Of a stretch of DNA of 64,000 nucleotides, positions 23,298 to 33,317 are shown one piece after another. How positions within the stretch are numbered: the stretch's first letter is position 1; every line of letters starts with the position of its first letter. The notes under the pieces were generated by a model that searched no databases, was not told the origin of the DNA, and was given only the letters and a program-made list of their open reading frames with translations. The stretch is from NCBI GenBank assembly GCA_051530055.1, contig CM121341.1, positions 62,001 to 126,000 on the forward strand, given 5' to 3'. Origin of the DNA: Neoechinorhynchus agilis (lineage: Eukaryota > Animalia > Acanthocephala). The position numbers and the translations under genes were made by a program.

Positions 23298-24935
23298 TCA
23301 TGGATTGCTATGTCTTTCCATGAAGAAGTGAAATGTTTTGATGCTTCCTCTTGCTGCTGCATTCGCCATATACATTGCTGTTTTTTGATTTAGTCGGAAC
23401 TTTGCCAGGCGATTTATGAGCGTTGGTGAGAAAGAACCTCGAGACCCGACGGGAATTCCGATTGTGGACACCTTGTTTATGTTTGTTTTGTACAATTGTG
23501 CCACAATTGACCGCAGGACGTCGTATTTTGTTTCTTTGGCCTTTGCCATATTTGCGGCTCTGTCATTGTTGCTTTCGTAGTAGATTGCGATATCCGCAAT
23601 GTATACTTTGCCGGATTTTTCTTCACTTATTATGATGTCAGGTTTCCAGAGGTTACCGTCTGCATCGTGAAGTTTTACATCTTCGTCAATAGTATACCTA
23701 CTAGACCCGTGGACGTTTAGTTTGTAGCTGAGTGCTTTTGTAAAGCATTTCTGAACTTCGTCATGTCTCTTTATCATGGAGTCGGTTGAGTAAGCGCATT
23801 TGTTTGGACATGCAAGCATGTCTCAGAGAAATGATCGCAATGGCGACATTTTCTTGTTCGTTGTTTGTCCATTCTTGACAATACTGCTCCGACTTCAAGT
23901 ATCTCGCTTCTTAGCTTGATATGTTCCAGGTAATTCTTGTGAGTGTCTTGGCGATACCGGTATGAAATTAGTCTCTGGTCGATGAATCCATTTACAAATT
24001 ATTCGTAGCCGCTCGATTGTGTACTAGTTGAAGCCCATGATTTGATTAGAAACTGAGTTTTGTAGTTATTGAAGTTTTTCATGGTATCCACTGATATTTC
24101 ATTTATTCCGACCTCTTTTATGATTGAGGTTATTATTTTACTTTCATCTGCCTTGAATCGTGGTTCGTCTGGGCATGTTTTTCCAAGACTAAGGTAAGCC
24201 GCAATACGGGTTTGACAGACTTCGTATTTGATGGACCTAAATCCTAAGCGGCCCATTCTTAGCGGTAAGTAAAATAAACCCGTGCTTATATAATGAGGTA
24301 GATATAATAATTCTTTAATTTTTTTTCCTCCAGTACTCATCCAGTTCAGTTAAAAAGGTGTGGCAGATATTTAATGAAGATGCTATTTCGCTTAAAAAGG
24401 AGGGTAGCCAGTAATCGTTTAATAGATGCGCTGCCTGGGTGGGTGATACTCCGGCGTTCTTTGTTGCCAGGAAGGCATTATCTATTTTATTAAAGAATTC
24501 AGTATTTAGTTGTCCTTCGAAAGGTTTTCCTCCTAAGTATGTTACGGACTCGCCGTCTAGTATTGGACGTAGTTGACACCCTGAAATATTGGCGATCGGT
24601 TATGTGTCGACTATGACTCTACCTTTTTTAAACCGAATCGAATATGTAGAGCATTTGTGAGGGTTGAAGGAGAGACCTAATTCGGCTATTGAGGACTGTG
24701 CGATGTCTAGCTTAGATTGTAGGCCTTCGGCTGAGTCGCTTATTAAAAGAATATCGTCAGCGTAGACTAAATGCCCTATCGAGGTCTCACCTATTTTTAG
24801 GTCGCTATTTATCAGACGTAATCTGCGGAGCGTGTCGTCTAGCGTTATTGCGAAAAGAATAGGCGATAGAGGGTCTCCTTGCTTTACGCCCCTACGAAAG
24901 TATATCTTTTCAGATGGGCATGCTTTAGGTGTCAA
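23298..24935 (-). pseudogene. Element C RT C-half, thumb, knuckle and RLE (several frameshifts)
   Basis: ORFs 24600-24935 (GVKQGDPLS, VYADD), 23999-24340 and 23298-23819 (LWKPDIII..DIAIYYE). Confidence 0.88.
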
Positions 24936-27372
24936 GATTCTGGTAAAGCAACCTGATAAGGAATTTGCTATGTAACGAGTTAAATATAGCGGCAGTTTTT
25001 TTTAGCATTGTACTTCGCAAAATAGCTGCGTGACTTACTTGGTCGTAAGCTCCTGCGATATCTAGAATTGCTATTGCGACGCTCGTCTTTGATGAGCGGC
25101 AATGTCGCATGATCTCGTTCAAGACTATACCATTCGCGAGGCAGGCCGATCCGTTAAGCAATGTCTGTCCATCATCTAGGTCGTACATTTGACGGATTCT
25201 ACCTAGAAGGACGCGATGAAATAGACGCATCAAGACAGACGGGATCGTTATTGGACGCCAGGATGAAATGTTACGCAGTTCTTCTTTTGACTTAGCGGTA
25301 TTAGGTATAAGAATTGTCTTGTTTTCTTTCCATTGAGTTGGGGGCTCACCTATTTCGAGCGTCAAGTTGAACAGGACACCTAGTAATATAAGAGAACTGT
25401 CATAGGTTAGTATATTCTTTAATGATATACCGTCGGCTCCTACAGAGCTTGAATGCTTCATACCTGAGAGAGCATACCGAATTTCTTCCGTGGTTATTGC
25501 TTTCCAGATTCTATCGCTAATCTCGTTACGATCCGCCGCACATTGGACTGCCAGTTGGTTGTTGTCATTTTCATCGGTGTCGCCGAAGACTTTGCGGTAG
25601 TGTTTTGTCACTTCGTTCCGTGTAAGGTTGAACTGGGTGTTGGTGCTTCTTGATTTAAAGATCCTTTCTGCTAGGCGAGCAGTGTTTGCAAAATATAACG
25701 CTCTATTTTGGGTTCTTTGGAGTGTCCCTTGTTGACATTTATTGATCGCTCGTGACCTAACACACGGGAAACATCCTGAATTATCCAGCCATATATTGAA
25801 CACGTTGATCGCGACCTGAGCTGCTCTTATTCTTACGCTTATAGGGTTAACAGCGTCGTGGACTATGAAATCGCAGCCAAATATATCTGCGGACAGCCGG
25901 AGAACGAGCTCGTCGGATAGCGAGACGCCCCTCTTTAATGCACTTACGATTTCCTCGAAGTTGAGATTTGTGTCGTTCAATTCTAAATCCATGTATTTCG
26001 CTGGCTTATCCGTAAGAGTCTGTAGGATTTTGTTTGCTACTTTTTTAAATAAATATGGATTCTTATATATGTGGAATGCCACTGCTGAAAGTGCCATGTG
26101 ATTTGATCTGGGAATTTTGATTAATTTTAATCCTTTTTCTTTAGCGATTGATAAGTTGGGTGTTACATTTTTCCTTGCGGTCAAATATTTCGTTATACGC
26201 GAACAGAAGTCGTCTAGAGTACTTCGATTTAACTTTTGGTAGTTCCTGAAGCGCTCAGTTTCATCCGATAAAAATTGTCGGTACCGAGGATGCAAGTTTC
26301 CATTTGTTGCAGCTTGATGTAGTATTTCGTAGGCTTCTTCGACTGTAAATCTTGACTCCGACGTTTCTTCATTGCAGTAGTAGTTTGAAAAGTTCGTTTC
26401 GGCTCCTGCGATAGTACGATTAAAACGCGAGTGTTCCTGTACTTCGTCGATATCGGGTGTGGACCTATCATTGGCTATTTCCCATTTCAGGTCGTGTTGA
26501 TGAACGGGCGCTGACGACGTAGAGGAAGTTCGATCCCACTCGTCCCTCCTAAAAAAGTTCGGGCTCTCTACCAAATGAACAAGCGAGTCCTCGGATTGCG
26601 GCGCCGTGTCGCGACTAACCTCGCTATCCAAAAGCGGGCCACGATTGGTCTGAGAATACTCGTCGCCATCTCGCAATAAACTTCCTCCATTTTGTGCTTG
26701 GCAGATTCTGGGCTCAGTATAAGAGGGCGTAAGTCTCCCATTCGACGACACTCCTTCAACTAAAGCTTCTTGATCCAAAGAGACGTCCTTGGTTGCAACA
26801 CTAATCACACCTTGAGCCCGTTTCAAGCACTGTGTCATGTGCGATCTTGCAGAGAGCATCGTTACTGAGGGCACAACCCCGCATTCCCCGCACATATACG
26901 AAACACACTCGACGATATGGGCGGTGCGTAAGTGGCACTCGAGAGCGCTCCACTGGCCTAGGCCAGAAATGCAAACATCACACACAGGGCACGATGCCGG
27001 TCGCGAATTTCCACCGTAAATAACTACGGCCTCGTCTTTGGCCGCCGATCCATTCCGTTGAGCGGCTTCCTTCTTAATCAACTTCTTAAATAAATTAAAA
27101 TTCTTGGTTTTGCATTGACGCAGGTGGGTTCCTAAGCTCCCAGGTACACCGTGTCTGAACTTGCCGCAGACTCGGCAGACCCATGTTATAGGTGATCGGT
27201 GGTGAATACTGAACATAGGCTCCGAAAACACTTGATGCCTAGTCTTGCCGACCGCTTGAAGGGGACATAGAGGGCACATAAGTGGCTTCTCTGCATTAAG
27301 AGGGTTAGCAACGTCAATTGGTGTGCACTCAATGTTACCGTCAGAGTTCTCGTGATTCGGGCAAGCGCTCAT
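24925..27372 (-). CDS. Element C polyprotein, N-terminal 815 aa (ZF x4, HPRYR, OTU-like, RT N-half)
   Basis: Longest uninterrupted ORF in the window. Frameshifts shortly after LDIAGAYDQV. Confidence 0.9.
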   Translation of the reverse strand: MSACPNHENSDGNIECTPIDVANPLNAEKPLMCPLCPLQAVGKTRHQVFSEPMFSIHHRSPITWVCRVCGKFRHGVPGSLGTHLRQCKTKNFNLFKKLIKKEAAQRNGSAAKDEAVVIYGGNSRPASCPVCDVCISGLGQWSALECHLRTAHIVECVSYMCGECGVVPSVTMLSARSHMTQCLKRAQGVISVATKDVSLDQEALVEGVSSNGRLTPSYTEPRICQAQNGGSLLRDGDEYSQTNRGPLLDSEVSRDTAPQSEDSLVHLVESPNFFRRDEWDRTSSTSSAPVHQHDLKWEIANDRSTPDIDEVQEHSRFNRTIAGAETNFSNYYCNEETSESRFTVEEAYEILHQAATNGNLHPRYRQFLSDETERFRNYQKLNRSTLDDFCSRITKYLTARKNVTPNLSIAKEKGLKLIKIPRSNHMALSAVAFHIYKNPYLFKKVANKILQTLTDKPAKYMDLELNDTNLNFEEIVSALKRGVSLSDELVLRLSADIFGCDFIVHDAVNPISVRIRAAQVAINVFNIWLDNSGCFPCVRSRAINKCQQGTLQRTQNRALYFANTARLAERIFKSRSTNTQFNLTRNEVTKHYRKVFGDTDENDNNQLAVQCAADRNEISDRIWKAITTEEIRYALSGMKHSSSVGADGISLKNILTYDSSLILLGVLFNLTLEIGEPPTQWKENKTILIPNTAKSKEELRNISSWRPITIPSVLMRLFHRVLLGRIRQMYDLDDGQTLLNGSACLANGIVLNEIMRHCRSSKTSVAIAILDIAGAYDQVSHAAILRSTMLKKTAAIFNSLHSKFLIRLLYQNLDT

Positions 27373-27631
27373 ACTACACTTAAACTATTGAAGAAAATAA
27401 ATGCTTTCACAGTAGACTGCAAAGTTAATTGAAATTGATGAATTTTTTTTATAAAATGACGTAAAACTTGACGCGGCAGACAGTTGCAAAAAACTGCGTC
27501 TCGAGAACTTCTTGCACAGAAACGTACAGAGGTTGGTTTAAAAGAAATCAGCGGTATTAAAAACCCCAAATCGCGACTTAGAGTTTAAATAACTCCTTTT
27601 TTTCGAGAGCGAGTATGGGGGACGGATTAAA

Positions 27632-27675
27632 AGGTAGTGCTCGGGCGAACGCCGCAATAATTAGAGCCCAGACCT
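27632..27675 (-). ncRNA. Conserved 5'UTR stem-loop or pseudoknot of element C
   Basis: AGGTCTGGGCTC..GAGCACTACCT; homologous to 48634-48676 and 57102-57147. Confidence 0.6.
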
Positions 27676-27815
27676 TGACGAATTGATCCGACCTGATACC
27701 AGCTGCGAATTATAGCTCACAAACCTGATGGTTACAAAATCTTCAAGATTATTGATCTTTGAAAATTTTTGTTGTGATAAAAATAAAAGTCCTTTGATTT
27801 TGAGTCCGACTGACA

Positions 27816-30405
27816 AATGCTTTGTTTTAATTAAACAGTTGGATTCCCCTTGTCCATACCAGTTCTAGGCCAGCTGTTTAACGCTGATCGGATCCCCGCG
27901 CAAGAAGCGAGCGTACCCGTCTGGATACGTCGAACAAACGCGGAGCATAGCTATCGCTGCCCACAGTACGCAGCACCAAGTTCCGTCCTCGAAATCGACT
28001 CTTTCGCAAGAGCAAATAACTGAGACAGATCCAAGAGTCGACAACATACCGCTTCTCGCGACAGCCCGGCCAGCTCAGCTTGTAGAGCCAATCCTTTTTC
28101 CGAAGTTACGGATCTAATTTGCCGACTTCCCTTGCCTACGTTTCCATATCGACTAGAGGCTACTCACCTTGGAGACCTGCTGCGGAAATCAGTACGAACA
28201 GGTACGGTCTGAATATTCTCGCACCCAGATTTTCAAGGACAATACGAAGCGCTCGGTACATCGCAGGAATCGCGCGGCATTACGGAACGTGTACCCTATC
28301 AACAGACGATCTAATTCCAGGGATAAAGTTCCTAACAAAGAAGAGAAAACTCTTCCCCAGACTTCGTATAGTTATTCTCTGGGATTGCTCGTGTCACCAC
28401 TTATGCTGAACACCATCTGCCTAAGAAGAACATCTGAATAGATCAAGCATAAACCGCATCCTGGCTCGGGAATATTAACCCGATTCCCTTTCGATTGTAT
28501 TGCGCAATGCAACACGCTTAATCACGAATTTGCACGTTTTCTTAGGATCGGCTGATCCATGTCCAAATGTTGTTCACATGGAACCTTTCTCCACTTCAGT
28601 CTTCAATGCTCTCATTTGAATACTTGCTACTACCACCAAGATCTGCACTAGCGGCGGCTTCACTGTACCTCACGGTGCAAGTTTCAACACCACCGCATAC
28701 GCCCTTCTACACGTCAAGCCATTTGTACATTTGTGTCTGGCATCGACGGTCAAGCATGGATATACGTCTCCAGTGCCATCCATTTTCAGGGCCAGTCGAT
28801 TCGGCAGGTGAGTTTTTACACACTCCTTAGCGGATTCCTACTTCTGCGGCCACCGTCCTGCTGTCAATATCGACTGACACCTTTCATGGTATCTCATGAG
28901 AGGCGTTTTTGGCACCCTAGCTCAACGTTTGGTTCATCCCACATCGCCAGTTCTGCTTACCAAAAATGGCCCACTTGGTGCCATCGCATTTACACCCGAC
29001 ACTCAGCAGCAGCATAAGCAACTGTGAAGAAGTGACCGAGCTTATTACCCATTTAAAGTTTGAGAATAGGTCGAGGAAAATTCGTCCCCAATGCCTCTAA
29101 TCATTCGCTTTACCAGATAAAACTGTCTTATGCAACACCAGCTTTCCTGGGGGAAACTTCGAAGGGAACCAGCTACTAGATGGTTCGATTAGTCTTTCGC
29201 CCCTATACCCAAATCTGACGATTGATTTGCACGTCAAAAACGCTACGGACCTCCACCAGAGTTTCCTCCGGCTTAATCCTACTCAGGCATAGTTCACCAT
29301 CTTTCGGGTCTCAACATGTACGCTCAATTGCGAACAACAACCAACAGTACCTTGCATGTGCCATCCATCATAGGTGATGACCCCGCTAACGGCCAATAAC
29401 CGCAGCTGGTTATTGGCCGCGGTTATTGGCCAATAACCGCAGCTGGTTATCACAATCATTAACAAACTCGCGTTAACTATGCTATCCAGCTTTATTGATC
29501 TGGATAACTCGCGCATTTGTTGAACTCCTTAGCCCGTGTTTCAAGACGGTTCAAATGATGCCGCCGTTTTACCCGCATTATCTTCTCGAACATCAGACTG
29601 AATCCGCAATCAACATCGACGAACAAGCCTAACAGTGAGTGAAACAACACCGAAAGAATCCAACGATGCTGGCGATTACGTCATTGGAATGCTCAATTTT
29701 AGTTTAAAAACTCAACCTCAACCGACCGTTGCCTGCAAAGGCAATTTGACCACCACATAGATATGTGCTCTTGAGAACTCATCCAATGTCAATTCACCAA
29801 TATCGACAAAGTCAATAGGTGAAGTTCAACGCGTCTGCGGCAGAGGCAAAGTGATGCAGAGCGTCAGCCAACAAATTGCGATGTACGCTGCAGTACACAT
29901 ACACGAGTGTGTGTATGTACCAGCAGATAACACATCTGAATTGCCAAGACCGAACCTTATGCGTACCCATTTGCTTTTCAATGTGCAGTTTCACGTACTA
30001 TTTAACTCTCTTTTCAAAGTCCTTTTCAACTTTCCCTCACGGTATTTCTTCGCTATCGGCACCGCCGTCATATTTAGTTTTGTATGGAGTTTACCACACA
30101 TATTTGAATTGCAATCTCAAACAATTCGACTAACAAATCAGTTCTAGGGAACAGTAGTCAAGGCGTAGCAAATACGGGACTATCACCCTCTTCGGCCAAA
30201 GCCGTATTCAACCTGGACTTATTACCACGCAACTGAACCCACAAACTGATCGTACACCACAATTCGCAGCTGACAAGTCAGCGCGATTAAGTTATGAACT
30301 ATTCATTGTTCATTCGCCATTACTATGGGAATCCTTGTTGGTTTCTTTTCTTCCGCTTATTGATATGCTTAAGTTCAGCGGATTCTCCCATCCGAACTGA
30401 GAACG
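27816..30405 (-). rRNA. 28S: 28S rRNA 5' two-thirds
   Basis: Starts GTTCTCAGTTCGGATGGGAGAATCCGCTGAACTTAAGCATATCAATAAGCGGAAG and ends ..TTAAAACAAAGCATT at the element C junction. Confidence 0.96.
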
Positions 30406-30751
30406 TGACTTTCATGCCAATTTTGCTAATAAAAGTATGATGCAACAACGTGTACTCTCCTCATCTTACACAACTCATCATCATCTACTCGAAAGTAGAA
30501 CGCACGATCAATATTTAACCGACTCAAATACCTTCACAATTATTGAACCCTTTCACCGTCAACAGTATTGATTCACGTGTTGCATAACTATATTAGCAGT
30601 AGCATCTCTGCAATAATTTTTCTCATTTACCTTATCTTTGTTTCCTGCGCGTTACCCAGAGGCAAACGCAGTAACCGTAAAGTCAATGGCAACGATCAGA
30701 AGATCAATTTCCATTGACATTCACCCACACTTGCTCACTTTAGCATTAAAC
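30406..30751 (-). other. ITS2 (about 345 nt)
   Basis: Lies between the 5.8S and 28S. A second copy is inverted at 51152-51499. Confidence 0.85.
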
Positions 30752-30908
30752 GTTACTCAGTCGGATGTGGCTGCGAATATTGTATTCACAGTCGCCATTT
30801 GCGTTCGAACATTTTCCGTTCCAGGAGATCTGCATTTCGCGGAACTTATCGCACTTTTCGGCGTTCTTCATCGAACGACGGTCCAAGTGATCCACCGCAC
30901 ACTGTGTG
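30752..30908 (-). rRNA. 5.8S: 5.8S rRNA (divergent)
   Basis: GCGGTGGATCACTTGG..CGATGAAGAACG..TTCGAACGCA..CTGAG motifs. Confidence 0.92.
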
Positions 30909-31259
30909 TATTTATATATATTAACATCATGCCTTCGAACGTGCGCATCTTGTGCACACGTACGCGACCACGCCATCATGACCTTTGGTTTACAAAGACT
31001 CACGATGACGACGACCACCACGACCACAACTGTCTCTACGTCACTACCAAGATCCCACTGTTTTTTGAATATAGTAACAACTGTGACGATTACAAACGCG
31101 TATTCAACCACGTTGCCAGCTCATGATGATAGTCAACGACCACCTTTTTCAATTTAACTTGTCTACGTTGATACCACCACCACCACGCTCCTCTTATAAA
31201 GAAACGTGGCACGCGTGTTATGTGTGTGGCAACACTTTTGAAGGTGCTACCTATCTCTC
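30909..31259 (-). other. ITS1 (about 350 nt) with CAC/GAC trinucleotide-rich tracts
   Basis: Lies between the 18S 3' end and the 5.8S. Confidence 0.85.
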
Positions 31260-31261
31260 TG

Positions 31262-31312
<51 letters not shown>

Positions 31313-31403
31313 ATCTAAATGGTTAAGTTCGGTAAACTTTTAGATTTCGCAGTGGCACTTGTGGCACCATGCAATCTATCCGAAAACCTCACTAAACCAT
31401 TCG

Positions 31404-31447
<44 letters not shown>

Positions 31448-33125
31448 GTCAACGCAAAATAATGATTCGCGCTTACTAGGAATTCCTCTTTCACGAAGAA
31501 TAATTACAATCTCCGATCCCAATCGTGAAGGCCATTTATGATTCCCTGTACCTTTCGAAACAGGAATGCCTTTTGAAGCCTCCATTGTAGCGCGCGTGCA
31601 GCCCCGAACATCTAAGATCATCACAGATCTGTTATTGCTCAACTTCGAGTGCCTCACGACACTTATCCCTCTAAGAAGCGTTTTGACGGCGTTACCACTC
31701 AATAACAAGAATGATATGAGGGCTTGCTCGTCACACCAATTAATAGGCTAGAGTCTCGTTCGTTATCGGAATAAACCAGACAAATCACTCCACCAACTAC
31801 GAACGGTCATGCACCACCACCCACCGAATCAAGAAAGAGCTGTCAACCTGTCAATCCTCACGGTGTTCGGACCGAGTAAGTTTTCGTGCGTTGAGTCAAA
31901 TTGAGCCGCAGGCTCCACTTCTGGTGTGCCCCTCCGTCAATTCCTTTAAGTTTCGATTTTGCAACCATACTCCCCCCCGGAACCCAATAACTTTGGTTTC
32001 CCGCGGGGTGCCTGGCGATGCTTTGTTGTTGCAAGCGCCAGATGCCCAGTTGGCATAGTTTATAGTTAGAACTAGGACGGTATCTAATCTTCTTCGAAAC
32101 TCTAACTTTCGTTCTTGATTAATGAAAACATTCTTGGCAAATGCTTTCGCAGTTGTACGTCCTGCGGTGATCATCGAATTTCACCTCTAACACCACAATA
32201 CGAATGCCCACGTTTATCCCTATCAATCATTACCTCGGCTTCCGTAAACCAACGAAACAGAACCAAGGTCCTATCTCATTATTCCATGCAACAGTATTCA
32301 AGCAAGTCGCTTGCGTTAAGCACGCTAATTTTCTCAAAGTAGTTAATCGCCTTCCCTTTAAAGTGCGCCTCCCAAACTTAATTGGGTCTTCGACGACGCA
32401 GGAGCAGCGAAATTAAAGAAGTGAATCTGGTGCAATGCTATACACGTCATTTTGTGACATGACAGCGCACAGTTCATCTCCTGACTCCCAACTACGAGCT
32501 TTTTAACCGCAGCAAATTTAACATACGCTATTCGAGCTGGAATTACCGCGGCTGCTGGCACCAGAACTTGCCCTCCAATCGATCCTCGATAAAGGATTTT
32601 GATTGTTCTCATTCCAATTGCCGAATCCGAAGATTACGGCATCGTTATTTTTCGTCACTACCTCCCCAATCTGGGATTGGGTAATTTGCGCGCCTGCTGC
32701 CTTCCTTGGATGTGACAGCCGTTTCTCATGCTCTCTCTCCGGAATCGAACCCTGATTCCCCGTTACCCGTTACGACCATGGTAGTCGTATAAACTACCAA
32801 CGATCGTTGATAGGGAAGACACTTGAAAGACACGTCGCCTGCCTAATAAGGCAATGCAATCAGCATACTTTACCCAGAGTCAGCACAATCTGACGCCCTA
32901 AGACGTCATTGGCTTTGATCTAATAAAAGCACTTCTCCGCAAGTCGAAGCTACGTGGCATGTATTAGCTCTAGATTTTCCACAGTTATCCATATCTGATT
33001 CGCACGATCCAATAAACCATGACTTATTTAATGAGCGCGCTTTCAACCGTATAAAGTATGAACTTGCACATGCATGGCTTAATCTTTGAGACGAGCATAT
33101 AATTATTGGCACGATCAACCAGATA
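31260..33125 (-). rRNA. 18S: 18S rRNA, complete (about 1.87 kb), strongly divergent
   Basis: TATCTGGTTGATCGTGCCA start, GTGCCAGCAGCCGCGG, GTACACACCGCCCGTC, and the GTAGGTGAACCTGCGGAAGGATCA end. Confidence 0.98.
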
Positions 33126-33287
33126 TCAACCATTCATCACTACACTTAAATCGCACGGCTATTTCGTCTTAATTAGACGAGACAATTAATCAAGCACCAC
33201 ATCACGGTTTACATTACCAAATATAATACTCAGCATAGCAAAAGCCAATGCAGGCATCGGCGAAACGACGGCAGACGGAGCAGCCAT

Positions 33288-33317
33288 CTCATGTATACCC
33301 AGGTTTTGAACCCTGTT
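33288..33317 (-). promoter_or_regulatory. Putative rRNA gene promoter or Pol I start site
   Basis: AACAGGGTTCAAAACCTGGGTATACATGAG, repeated four times in the spacers. Resembles the arthropod initiation consensus TATA>TANGRRRR. Confidence 0.55.

Larger units (their letters stand above)
23165..27815 (-). mobile_element. R2: R2-type copy C, apparently full length (4.65 kb), frameshifted
   Basis: About 440-nt 5'UTR, ATG at 27372, 4 ZF, HPRYR, OTU-like, RT, knuckle and RLE. 3' end AATAAACTGAGTCTC|TAGCC. 5' end joined to 28S about 118 nt upstream of the nick. Confidence 0.93.

Noticed and set aside
27600-27815. HDV-like or twister ribozyme in the 5'UTRs
   Set aside because: No P3/L3/P1.1 arrangement could be fitted. 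The TAA..TGCC and GGTC..AGC likenesses to twister lack the needed P2 and pseudoknot partners. A covariance search could still overturn this.
30638-31157. ORFs with poly-Thr/Val/Asp-His tracts
   Set aside because: They overlap 5.8S and ITS1 trinucleotide tracts.
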